A stretch of 64,000 nucleotides of DNA from Thermotogota bacterium ADurb.Bin062 (lineage in GTDB: Bacteria; Thermotogota; Thermotogae; MWEM01), in assembly GCA_002071085.1 (NCBI GenBank), contig MWEM01000007.1, positions 17,618-81,617 on the forward strand, given 5' to 3'. A program made the position numbers and the translations under genes. The first letter of the stretch is position 1. Each line of letters starts with the position of its first letter. Below, in pieces: positions 7,849 to 16,479 of this stretch. The notes under the pieces were generated by a model that was not told where the DNA came from, did no database searches, and saw nothing but the letters and a program-made list of their open reading frames with translations.

Positions 7849-10446
7849 TTACATCCCTTCTTCCCATAAGGTGTCGACATAGTCCGTGTGTATCCTCCTC
7901 TGAGTCAGTTCCTGAAAACGCAATACGGCCTGACTGGGGAGCCTTCCCGCCTGGTAAACGGTGCCGTAGACTTTTTCCTGTCCACTCCGATCACACAATC
8001 TGAAGGGCACCTGGTTCATCAACTGATCTTTCCCCTCCTCTTCGACGAAAAAAACGAGGGAAAGATCGGGATACCGGACTTTGACCTCTTCTTTGAAAGC
8101 GTCGAGGGGCGAGGTCTCCCAAATGGGCTGAGGAGTTTCCGCCCACGTTTTCGACTTTTCAGGATCTGCGAGGTATTCGCGAATGAGCTCGACGGCGCTA
8201 AAAAAATTCGCCTGATCCAATTCTATCAAGTGATCGATCGAAACGTCGCCTGAAATCCCAACGGATTTTTTAAGCCATTCCAATTGCACACGATAGTACG
8301 TCCGTAGAAACGGCAGAAAAGGCTCCCAAAGCGCCCTTTCGGGCGGTGTCTTTTGCGTCAACCTCCTAACCCATTCTAGGTCTGTGCGAAACCGGTGGAA
8401 GTCCCCGACGTACGCGACGATATTGGCGCGCAGGCTTCCGATGCCGGGTATCTTGGTGAGCAGGCTGTATAAAGGCGAGATCCCATAGGTTAACGAACGG
8501 CGGATCCGTTCTAAAACCCCCGAGGGGCAGAGGTCCCAGAACCCGTAACGCGCCCCTTGTTCGTAGAAGCTACAGATCAGCTCCACGTCATAAGGTAAGG
8601 AGCCGACCCAAGCGGGCGGTTTCTGCCTTCGCCCCTCTTGGTCGTTCTCGTCTTGCTCGATACCGAGGCGGTTCCACAGGAACCCCAGTCCGAATTGCAA
8701 CAGGCCCGCATAGGAAGAGAAAAAAACGGACTGCCGGTTCCAATGCCCTCCTATTGGCGGAAAAAACGGCGGGTAGTAGTCGGGTACGGCGCCCCCGCCG
8801 GGGACCAAGAGCGCGATCGACTCCCAGAGCGTCCAGAAAGACGAAGGGTCCTCTTGTACATCGTACCGCGTGACGTTCTTGACGAAGTGCGCGACGGCCT
8901 CCGGGTTCAGCAGGTAAGACGCGGTCAGATTCCCCAAGCGCGTTAAGCGGTTGTCTCCCTCGACCATTCCGATTTCCCGAAGACGAGAGACGGCTTTTTG
9001 TATAATTCGCTCCTTGAAGCGGCCCTTAAAATGGGTGTAATTAAAATGCTCCTCATTAACGGAGAGCACGCCGAGAGAAAACAGCTCGACCATCCCTAGC
9101 AGTTTTGTTTCATTGTCCGGATGGAAGATCGACTCGTGCCGGGTATACAGATCATTCAGGGCGGTGAAGGCTTTGTCTAAAGTAGTCTCGAAGACGTCGG
9201 CCAGCCCCCTTTTTAGCAAGGCTTTTAAAATCGCCGCCGTCTTTTCTCCGGTCGTACCGGTGGCATAAAAGACGCGTCCGACGCCTCTTTTGGTGTAGCC
9301 TTTTCGACCCGCCCTCCCTTCGAACTGGAGCAGGTCGATTAACACCGGCCATATCTTTTCTTCCTGATACAGAGAGTATTTGACGAAGATCACGATGTCA
9401 TCGGCGGGGGAGTTGAAGCCGTAGGCCAGGGTCTGCGTGGAGATCAGGATAGATAGTCCGTTGTCTAAGGATTTGAAGGCGGCTTCGATTTCCTTTTTCT
9501 CCTCCACCGGGATGTCCGCGTTGTGAAAGGCGACGACGGGCTCGCCTACCAACTTCGGTTTGATGTAGGGGACGGTATCGTTCATCGCCCGATACCCCTG
9601 CCTTTCAAAGGCGGACAGAAGGTCCCAACCGGTTTTTTTGGATGGGACGATGATCATCGTCTTCACACGTTGCTCGATGTTCTCTTCCAAAAAAGCCTGT
9701 TTCATCTGTTGGATCGAGGTTTTCGCGTTCTTGCGCGTCGGGAGGGCCAAATTGAGGAAAGCACGTTCCAGAGGGATGGGACGCCAGGAACTCTCTATCA
9801 AAAGGTCAGCGTTCACCCATTCGGCCAGCGACAGGGTGTCCGGGATGGTGGCGGACAAGAGCAACAGTTCCCGACGGTCTCCGAGCAACTGAACCAGAGT
9901 TTCCTCGTAGACAATCCCGCGCGTGTCTTGCATCAGCATATGGGTCTCGTCGATGATGACGAACTCGATAGACTGAACCCAGGGACTATTCGAATGGCGG
10001 GCGGCTAAAAAGGCCTCCGGAGTTGCGATCACCATATCGTAGTCGTCTTTCACGTCCATCTTGCTTTCTCCTGTTCGTAGATAGACTTTGAGCGGTTTGG
10101 TTCGGATATCTTGAAAGATCTGTCTTGCCAAAGCGCGCGTGGGCGCAACATACAAGGTTTTTTTCACCCGTTTCCCCTTCTGGAATGCGGCCAAAAAGGC
10201 GATCGCCGTCTTTCCGCTTCCGGTCGGGGTTGAAATGATCGTATTCTTACCACGATAGTGCGAAAAGAAAGCGGTTTGAACGGGGTTCAGCCAAAAGGGT
10301 GCAAGGTCGCCCAACAACGTGCGACCATCCACGGATTCGACAAGGCGTTTTTCGTTGTTCACGAAGATCTCAAAAGGCGATCGGTCGTTCTTTTCGGGGA
10401 CATAGATACTGATCATTCTGGGCTCCTCGCTATGATATCTTGGCAA
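7849..10446 (-). CDS. Superfamily-2 DExH-box helicase (Lhr/Hel308/Ski2-like) with ~480-aa C-terminal region containing an HhH motif
   Basis: Motif I TPTGSGKT, motif II DETH, motif VI QFEGRAGRKG; C-terminal KIPGIGSLRANIVAYVGD is helix-hairpin-helix-like. Only a 6-nt gap to the downstream MscS gene. Confidence 0.8.
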   Translation of the reverse strand: MPRYHSEEPRMISIYVPEKNDRSPFEIFVNNEKRLVESVDGRTLLGDLAPFWLNPVQTAFFSHYRGKNTIISTPTGSGKTAIAFLAAFQKGKRVKKTLYVAPTRALARQIFQDIRTKPLKVYLRTGESKMDVKDDYDMVIATPEAFLAARHSNSPWVQSIEFVIIDETHMLMQDTRGIVYEETLVQLLGDRRELLLLSATIPDTLSLAEWVNADLLIESSWRPIPLERAFLNLALPTRKNAKTSIQQMKQAFLEENIEQRVKTMIIVPSKKTGWDLLSAFERQGYRAMNDTVPYIKPKLVGEPVVAFHNADIPVEEKKEIEAAFKSLDNGLSILISTQTLAYGFNSPADDIVIFVKYSLYQEEKIWPVLIDLLQFEGRAGRKGYTKRGVGRVFYATGTTGEKTAAILKALLKRGLADVFETTLDKAFTALNDLYTRHESIFHPDNETKLLGMVELFSLGVLSVNEEHFNYTHFKGRFKERIIQKAVSRLREIGMVEGDNRLTRLGNLTASYLLNPEAVAHFVKNVTRYDVQEDPSSFWTLWESIALLVPGGGAVPDYYPPFFPPIGGHWNRQSVFFSSYAGLLQFGLGFLWNRLGIEQDENDQEGRRQKPPAWVGSLPYDVELICSFYEQGARYGFWDLCPSGVLERIRRSLTYGISPLYSLLTKIPGIGSLRANIVAYVGDFHRFRTDLEWVRRLTQKTPPERALWEPFLPFLRTYYRVQLEWLKKSVGISGDVSIDHLIELDQANFFSAVELIREYLADPEKSKTWAETPQPIWETSPLDAFKEEVKVRYPDLSLVFFVEEEGKDQLMNQVPFRLCDRSGQEKVYGTVYQAGRLPSQAVLRFQELTQRRIHTDYVDTLWEEGM

Positions 10447-10623
10447 TACCGATTATACCCCATAAATCGCTTATCGAAACGTTACTCCCGTTGAGAGAAC
10501 GAAAGGCGCGTCGGATAACCCGTACACACGGGGGTTTTAGATAGAGAGATAGGCTTCTGAAGGGCGTTTTCCCGTCTCCTATACCGTTAACTGTAATTGT
10601 ATCTTAGAAATCAGAGGGCCACT

Positions 10624-10652
10624 TGCAATTTACCCGTAAATATGTTAAAATC
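10624..10652 (+). promoter_or_regulatory. Candidate sigma-70 promoter for the response regulator gene
   Basis: TTGCAA, 17 nt, TAAAAT, about 55 nt upstream of the start; RBS aaaggagaag. Confidence 0.35.
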
Positions 10653-10709
10653 GACCCGGAAATCGCCGAAAGATAGGGGTGATAAAAAATAGAAAGGAGA
10701 AGACCCGGC

Positions 10710-11429
10710 GTGAAAAAGAAGATACTGGTAGTGGATGACGAGCCCTCGATTGTGGAGCTGTTGACCTACAATCTGAAGAAGGAAGGATACGAGGTTCTCA
10801 AAGCGTACAACGCGGAAGAGGCGCTGAACCTCGCCGATACCGACGACGAAATCGACCTGTTCGTGATCGACGTGATGCTGCCCGACGTGGACGGATTCGA
10901 CGTGACCCGGAAGATCAGGGCCCACGAAAAACACCAAAACAAGCCCATCATTTTCCTGACGGCTAAAACAGACGAGTTTGACAAGATTTTAGGCTTGGAG
11001 TTGGGTGGCGACGACTACGTGACGAAGCCCTTCAGCGTTCGTGAGGTAATGGCAAGGATCAAGGCGATTTTTCGAAGAATCCAGCGCTCCGTGGAGCAAA
11101 CCGTAGAAAGACCTAAGCAGATCGTCGTCAAAGACCTGGAAATCGACCTGGAACGGTACGAAATAAAAGTGCGCGGCGAAGTGAAAAACCTAACGCCTTT
11201 AGAGTTCGAACTGCTCCGCTATTTGGCCGAAAACGAAGGAAAGGTGTATTCTCGGGACGTTCTTTTAGACACCCTCTGGGGGTATGACTATTACGGGGAT
11301 ACCCGAACGGTCGATGTACACATTCGACGGTTGAGAACCAAGGTGGAAGAGGACCCGTCCAACCCGAAATATATCATCACCGTACGCGGCAAAGGGTATA
11401 AATTCAAGAACCCTGGGAAAGAACCCTAA
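10710..11429 (+). CDS. OmpR/PhoB-family two-component response regulator (receiver plus winged-helix)
   Basis: VVDDEP, LTAKTDEFDKILGLELGGDDYVTKPF, C-terminal TVRGKGYKF. Confidence 0.85.
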   Translation: MKKKILVVDDEPSIVELLTYNLKKEGYEVLKAYNAEEALNLADTDDEIDLFVIDVMLPDVDGFDVTRKIRAHEKHQNKPIIFLTAKTDEFDKILGLELGGDDYVTKPFSVREVMARIKAIFRRIQRSVEQTVERPKQIVVKDLEIDLERYEIKVRGEVKNLTPLEFELLRYLAENEGKVYSRDVLLDTLWGYDYYGDTRTVDVHIRRLRTKVEEDPSNPKYIITVRGKGYKFKNPGKEP

Positions 11430-11442
11430 TCTCGTTCACTTG

Positions 11443-11472
11443 AAAAAAAACCGGGATAACCCGGTTTTTTTT
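11443..11472. terminator. Bidirectional rho-independent terminator between convergent genes
   Basis: aaaaaaaa CCGGG ataa CCCGG tttttttt: a perfect stem flanked by an A-run and a T-run. Confidence 0.7.
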
Positions 11473-11516
11473 AAGGCTTATGATTGCCCATATCCGAAGG
11501 ATGCGAGCCGTTTTCT

Positions 11517-12071
11517 TTAGAAATTGAGATCGACCTTCGGCACTTCTTTTTCGGCTTCTGGGATCTTAAAGAAATCAAACATCTTGAAGTTGAAAAGCTT
11601 CGCGATGAGGTTGGCCGGGAACTGCTCTATCGTCGTGTTATATTTCATGGTGATGTCATTATAGAACTGTCTGGAATAGGTGATCTTGTTTTCCGTGTTC
11701 GACAACTCCTCTTGCAGGGACATCACGTTTTGATTGGCCTTCAACTCCGGGTAATTCTCAACGACGGCCAGCAGCCTGCCCAATACGCCGGAAACCTCCC
11801 CTTCGGCGTCCATTCTTTCTTTTTGGCTTGTCGCACCCAAAGCCCGAGCGCGCGCATTCATCACTTTTTCCAGTGTGTCGCTCTCGAACTTCATATACCC
11901 CTTCACCGCGTTCACCAGATTGGGGATTAAGTCGGAGCGGCGTTTCAGTTGGACATCAATTTGGCTCCAAGAGTTCTCGACTTTTTTCCGTTCTGCGACC
12001 AGTTTATTGTAGGTGGCGATAACCCATAACACAATCGCGGCGGCAACGATTAATAGAATCACCCAAACCAT
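11517..12071 (-). CDS. LemA family protein
   Basis: N-terminal TM helix, then LemA-like sequence (NSWSQIDVQLKRRSDLIPNLV, ENYPELKANQN). Confidence 0.85.
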   Translation of the reverse strand: MVWVILLIVAAAIVLWVIATYNKLVAERKKVENSWSQIDVQLKRRSDLIPNLVNAVKGYMKFESDTLEKVMNARARALGATSQKERMDAEGEVSGVLGRLLAVVENYPELKANQNVMSLQEELSNTENKITYSRQFYNDITMKYNTTIEQFPANLIAKLFNFKMFDFFKIPEAEKEVPKVDLNF

Positions 12072-12137
12072 GTTTTCATCCTCCTTTGAGCATTTCTAGC
12101 GATTATATCACAAAGAGCCAGAGAAAAAGAGCGAGGT

Positions 12138-12625
12138 TTGTGTCAAGTTATGGGGTGTACTCAAGAAACAAGGCCAAAATCGATCGCACGATTTTTTGTT
12201 TTTGCAGTCTTCGCGACGTAAGCGCCCTTTCTTTTTGCGACGGCGCAATAAAAGTGGGTTCGCACAGAGGGCACAGAGAGCACGGAGGAGAGATTAGAAC
12301 CAGCCCAGAATAGAGCACCGAACGCCAGCCTGGGAACGGTTGGGAACGCCAAACTTTAGTTTGGCATGGTTTTATCTTTTCACTTAGAACGTTCCCATAC
12401 GCAGCATCATGGCGTAAGCGCCCTTTCTTTTCGCGAAGGCGTAAAAAACGGGATTTGCACAGAGGGCACAGAGAACACAGAGAAAAGATTTTTGTGAACG
12501 CCCTGGGAACGCCAAACTTATCGGCAGGTTTACTGAGCGCGCCGAATTATAAGCTAGCAGATATTTTGAAGGGACGTAAAATGTACTTAAGCCGCGATGA
12601 ACCTCGTAGTAGAACGCGAACGCGA
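12138..12625 (+). mobile_element. MITE-like element, copy B (longer, internally duplicated, right end degenerate)
   Basis: Left end tgtgtcaagttatggggtgtactcaagaaacaagg is homologous to the copy-A left end. The module ggcgtaagcgccctttctttt...cacagagggcacagag[ar]gcac is present twice (~12208-12300 and ~12408-12500). It carries the GGGAACGCC repeats, the hairpin gccaaactttagtttggc and the gatgaacctc box shared with copy A. No right TIR was found before the adjacent gene end. Confidence 0.55.
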
Positions 12626-12631
12626 CGCTTT

Positions 12632-13732
12632 TTAAAGGGTGTAGACCGGATCCACGTATTCGTAGAGTTCCGGAATCCTCTCGCCTAAGAGATGCCTGAC
12701 GACGGATGGGAACACCCGTTCAGATTCAAAATGTGGAAACAGGATCACCTTTATCCCCTTCTCTTTGAGTCCCAGTAGATCGTGATAGGACAAATCGCCG
12801 GAGATGTAAAGATCCAGGTGGGCCGGAAGCGAAGGGATCAGGAGCCTACCGGAACCGCTACAGAACCCGACGGTCGAGATAGGGTCGTCTAGGTCCCCGA
12901 TGAGTTGTATAGAGGTCGAGCGGGCGATCTCCTTGAATTCTTCTACGAAGGAACGAAAGGCCCTTTTTTCGACGGTTCCGTACCGTCCCAGGCCGTAGGT
13001 CCGACGGTTCGAAAGGAATTCGGTTTCTTCCATAAGATCGTAGGCGACCTCCTCGTAGGGATGGGCGCGAAGGACTGTTTCGATGAAGTCTGACAAGCGA
13101 TGCCCTTCGACGAGGGTTTCGATCTTCATTTCCTCCACTCTCTCCAATCCGTTGAGTTGGCCAATAAACGGTTGTGCTCCCTCCAAAGGGCGGAAGGTTC
13201 CGATCCCTTCGCTGGAGAAGGTGCAATCGGCGTATTTTCCGATCGCTCCGGCCCCTTTCGAGAACATCGCGTTCCGAACGATCTGCGCATGCGTCTTCGG
13301 AACGAAGACCTGGAACTTGTAAAGCTTTTCCTGATAGGTTTTCAATATCGGTTTGACATCCCGGAGGCCCAATTTTTCAGCCCAATAGTCGTTGAGGCCC
13401 CCCGGGGCGATATCTGCCGGCGTATGGGAGGCATAGACCGTGATTTCGCTAGAGATGACTTCCGTAAGGATCCGTCCAAGGGCCGTCTCCCGGTCTATTG
13501 TGTGACACGGGAGATAGAGGAGCGGATGATGCGATAGGATGAACCGGCATCCCTTCTCTTTCGCTTTCTCAACGACTCCCTCCGTGACATCCAGCGTTAC
13601 CAGGACTCTTTCGCAACTGCCATCGAACGGCCCGACTTGTAACCCGCATCGATCCGATTCCATCGCGAGTTTCGGAGGGAAGACCTCTTCGATGGCACGT
13701 ATGATGTCCCTCGTGCTTGTCGCTTCGCTCAT
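12632..13732 (-). CDS. Nif3-like dinuclear metal center protein (YqfO/GTP cyclohydrolase 1 type 2 homolog family)
   Basis: Nif3 family layout with a central inserted domain; conserved His/Glu metal ligands (SHHPL, HTPAD, GSG..H). Confidence 0.75.
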   Translation of the reverse strand: MSEATSTRDIIRAIEEVFPPKLAMESDRCGLQVGPFDGSCERVLVTLDVTEGVVEKAKEKGCRFILSHHPLLYLPCHTIDRETALGRILTEVISSEITVYASHTPADIAPGGLNDYWAEKLGLRDVKPILKTYQEKLYKFQVFVPKTHAQIVRNAMFSKGAGAIGKYADCTFSSEGIGTFRPLEGAQPFIGQLNGLERVEEMKIETLVEGHRLSDFIETVLRAHPYEEVAYDLMEETEFLSNRRTYGLGRYGTVEKRAFRSFVEEFKEIARSTSIQLIGDLDDPISTVGFCSGSGRLLIPSLPAHLDLYISGDLSYHDLLGLKEKGIKVILFPHFESERVFPSVVRHLLGERIPELYEYVDPVYTL

Positions 13733-13751
13733 AGCATCCTCTGTTCTTCCT

Positions 13752-14978
13752 CTAATAGGTAAAGTAGGCTTCTCTTGCGGGCTTTTCCACAGAAAGAGCC
13801 GTTTTCAATCGATTCAGCGCTTCGGCAAGGGTGCTTCGGGGGCAGCCGATGTTCAGCCGCATATGCTTTTCACCGCCGGGGCCGAAGACCGCGCCCGCAT
13901 CGAGACCCAAAGACGCCTTTTCGACAAACCAATTGCGCAAGCAGGAGTCGTCTTTGCCTAGCCCTGCGCAATCGAGCCACAACAAAAAGGTGCCATCGGG
14001 TTTCACACACTTTATTTGAGGTGCCTGTGTCTCCAGGAAGGCTAAGGTGTAGTCGATGTTGGCCTCTAGATAGGGCAATAGTCGATTTAACCACTCCTCA
14101 CCCTCGTTATACGCAACCTCTAAGCCCAGGACACCGAACGCGTTCCCTATTCCGATCCCGTTGGCTTTTATACGATACTCAAACTCCGCGAACAGCCTCC
14201 GGTTGGGAATGATCACCCCCGAGGTGACCAGGCCGGCGATGTTAAAGGTCTTGCTGGGGGCGATGAAGGTAATGGTTCGTTCTCCGATTGGGAGCGGATT
14301 CCCTCGGGCATCCGCCGTTAGAGAAGCGAGGGGGATATGCGAGTGAGGAGAGAAGACAATGTCCTGATGGATCTCATCGGATAGGATGAGCACTCCTTTG
14401 TTAAGGCAAATTTTCGCCAACCTCTCCAGTTCGTCACGTGTCCACACTCTACCGACCGGGTTGTGTGGGCTGCAGAGGATGAGAATCTTGGTTCTGTCGT
14501 CTATCTTCTTCTCTAAATCCTCAAAATCCATCGTGAAGCGGCCGGATTCTTTCTTCAAAGGGTTGAAGACCAGTTGTCGCCCATTGCCCACGACGGCGTC
14601 ATAGAAAGGGTGATACACCGGTGGCTGGATGATCACTTTGTCGCCCGGTTGCGAAAACGCCTGTATGGCGGTGTTGATACCACTGACGATCCCAGGGCAA
14701 GTATTGATCCACGCTTTGTCAACCTCCCACCCGTGTCTTCTTTTCTCCCATCCGATGATCGCGTCGAAAAACGCGTCCATCTTCGCGGTGTAGCCGAAAA
14801 CCCCGTGTTCCACACGTTTTTTAAAGGCCTCGATAATCGGTTGCGGACAACGGATGTCCATGTCGGCGATCCAAAGGGGCAGGACGTCGCGTTTCCCGAA
14901 TACCTCTTGCCTTAAGTCCCATTTCACACTGCTCGTACCCTCTCGGCTGATACAAGCGTCAAACGGCTCTTCGATCAT
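13752..14978 (-). CDS. MalY/PatB-type PLP-dependent C-S lyase (cystathionine beta-lyase family, aminotransferase class I/II fold)
   Basis: VKWD, LPLWIADMDIRCPQPI, SPHNPVGRVWT, PSKTFNIAGL (PLP lysine). Confidence 0.8.
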   Translation of the reverse strand: MIEEPFDACISREGTSSVKWDLRQEVFGKRDVLPLWIADMDIRCPQPIIEAFKKRVEHGVFGYTAKMDAFFDAIIGWEKRRHGWEVDKAWINTCPGIVSGINTAIQAFSQPGDKVIIQPPVYHPFYDAVVGNGRQLVFNPLKKESGRFTMDFEDLEKKIDDRTKILILCSPHNPVGRVWTRDELERLAKICLNKGVLILSDEIHQDIVFSPHSHIPLASLTADARGNPLPIGERTITFIAPSKTFNIAGLVTSGVIIPNRRLFAEFEYRIKANGIGIGNAFGVLGLEVAYNEGEEWLNRLLPYLEANIDYTLAFLETQAPQIKCVKPDGTFLLWLDCAGLGKDDSCLRNWFVEKASLGLDAGAVFGPGGEKHMRLNIGCPRSTLAEALNRLKTALSVEKPAREAYFTY

Positions 14979-15074
14979 GTTGTTCCTCCGAATTCTTTAA
15001 AGTAGCGCATCATATACTCACGGCGGCCGGGCGTTCACAGCCTTCGTCGCAGACTTGACGCGCCCGGGTTGCGG

Positions 15075-15515
15075 TCACTCGTCTTCTTCGTCAAATGCCG
15101 GCCTCTCCTCCTTGTTCTGCTGTTGACCCTTTTCGAGAAGCCTGTTCACCACGTTCTCCAGTTTCTCTTTGACGATCGGTTTGACATAGTATCCGTCACA
15201 TTTGTGCCGATAAGACTTAGAGATGTTTTTTAGGTCCCCTAAGGCACTGATCATCAAAATCTTGCTTTTCGCAAGGTTTTCTCTCCGCTCGATCTTTCGT
15301 ATGCGACTCAAAACCTCTTGTCCGTCGAGGGAGGGGACCATAATGTCCAAACAGATCAGTTGGAAGGGGTTCTTCTGTCGGGCGCTTTCTTCGAAGAGCT
15401 GAACCGCTTTCATTCCGTCTTCCGAGATGGTCACTTCTCCGTATTTCATCAGGATTTTTTCGAGCAGTTTTCCTGTCACCAAGTCATCCTCTAAAACAAG
15501 GACTCTCATTTCCAA
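15075..15515 (-). CDS. Single-domain response regulator (CheY-like receiver)
   Basis: VLVLEDD, DIMVPSLDG, K-containing C-terminal half; no output domain. Confidence 0.75.
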   Translation of the reverse strand: MEMRVLVLEDDLVTGKLLEKILMKYGEVTISEDGMKAVQLFEESARQKNPFQLICLDIMVPSLDGQEVLSRIRKIERRENLAKSKILMISALGDLKNISKSYRHKCDGYYVKPIVKEKLENVVNRLLEKGQQQNKEERPAFDEEDE

Positions 15516-15792
15516 CCCCCTTCGGAAATCTTCAGGAAATTATACCATACCCCTCTGGTTTTAACACAGCTAATTATCTGATAGCTTTTCCGATAAGTAA
15601 ACAATAAGTAACGCTCTGTTAATGTGACTTGTGACGAAGCCAGAATGTGGGGAGGGTGTTTTTGAGAGGATTTGTGCGTAGGTTAAATAACTTTGGTGAC
15701 CCCAGAGCGAAGAATATGCCTACCTGGTATTCGAGGCTGGTGCGGGGTCAGGAGGGCCCGCGCGCAAGGGTTTTTAGACCGCGTTCTACCGC

Positions 15793-16353
15793 TCAGCCCC
15801 CGAAGAATAGGTGCTCCGCCAGGATCTTCGTTCCGATACCAATCAATATGAATCCGCCATAGAGCCCTGCTTTCATGCCAAAACTTGCGCCAGTTTTCGC
15901 GCCCGAAACCACACCGGCCAAGGATAAAACGAAAGTAGAGGCGAAAGCGATCGTGGCGGGTAACCATATCGGCTTCGCGATCATAGAAAGCGCGACGCCG
16001 GCAGCCAAGGCGTCGAGGCTTGTGGCTAAGGCGTACAGAAGGAGAACGGATAGTCTGGATAGATCCGATTTTTCCGGACAGGTCCCGACTTTTCGGGAGT
16101 CCCTTATCATACCGAGGCCAACGTATAGGAGTAAACCGAAGGCTATCCAGTGGTCGAATTCGCGGATCGCAGACTGGAAACTCGATCCGGCGTGCCACCC
16201 GATCACGGGCATCGCGAACTGGAACGCCGCAAAAGAAAAGGCGACTTTGAAAGTGCCTTGAAACCCCGTCTTTGGTAACGTCGTCCCATAGCAGACCGCC
16301 ACGGCGAACGCGTCGAAAGCTAATGTGACGGGTAAAAGGATGGTGTCGATCAC
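15793..16353 (-). CDS. mntP: Manganese efflux pump MntP
   Basis: Six-TM small protein with MntP/DUF204 motifs (LAFDAFAVA, SLDALAAG); GTG start. Confidence 0.8.
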   Translation of the reverse strand: MIDTILLPVTLAFDAFAVAVCYGTTLPKTGFQGTFKVAFSFAAFQFAMPVIGWHAGSSFQSAIREFDHWIAFGLLLYVGLGMIRDSRKVGTCPEKSDLSRLSVLLLYALATSLDALAAGVALSMIAKPIWLPATIAFASTFVLSLAGVVSGAKTGASFGMKAGLYGGFILIGIGTKILAEHLFFGG

Positions 16354-16479
16354 CGTAATCTTCTGCGCTCCTTATGCATACCCCGTGAAGTCATTTTTAG
16401 AAGGACGGTTGGAGCGGGATCGAGGGCTTCGGATCGATAGGGAAGCGCGAGAGTCACGACGCCACCGCGCTCTTCTTTT

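Noticed and set aside
10515-10540. Hairpin cccgtacacacggg + ggtttt on the + strand upstream of the response-regulator gene
   Set aside because: It has terminator-like geometry, but no + strand gene lies upstream (the adjacent gene is on the minus strand and starts here). It may be a leader structure or chance; not enough to call.
12206-12500. CRISPR-like array suggested by the repeated ggcgtaagcgccc...cacagagggcacagag modules
   Set aside because: There are only two copies, about 200 bp apart, with different lengths and no uniform repeat-spacer periodicity and no cas genes in the window. The duplication is better explained as internal modules of the MITE-like element.
16354-16479. Possible yybP-ykoY manganese riboswitch in the 126-nt leader of mntP (minus strand)
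   Set aside because: Manganese riboswitches commonly precede mntP. This leader has only a weak GGGGUAUGCAUA resemblance and lacks the two GGGGAGUAG-type loops and the conserved AGAGAC/A-rich junction. A CM scan would be needed, but by eye it does not fit.
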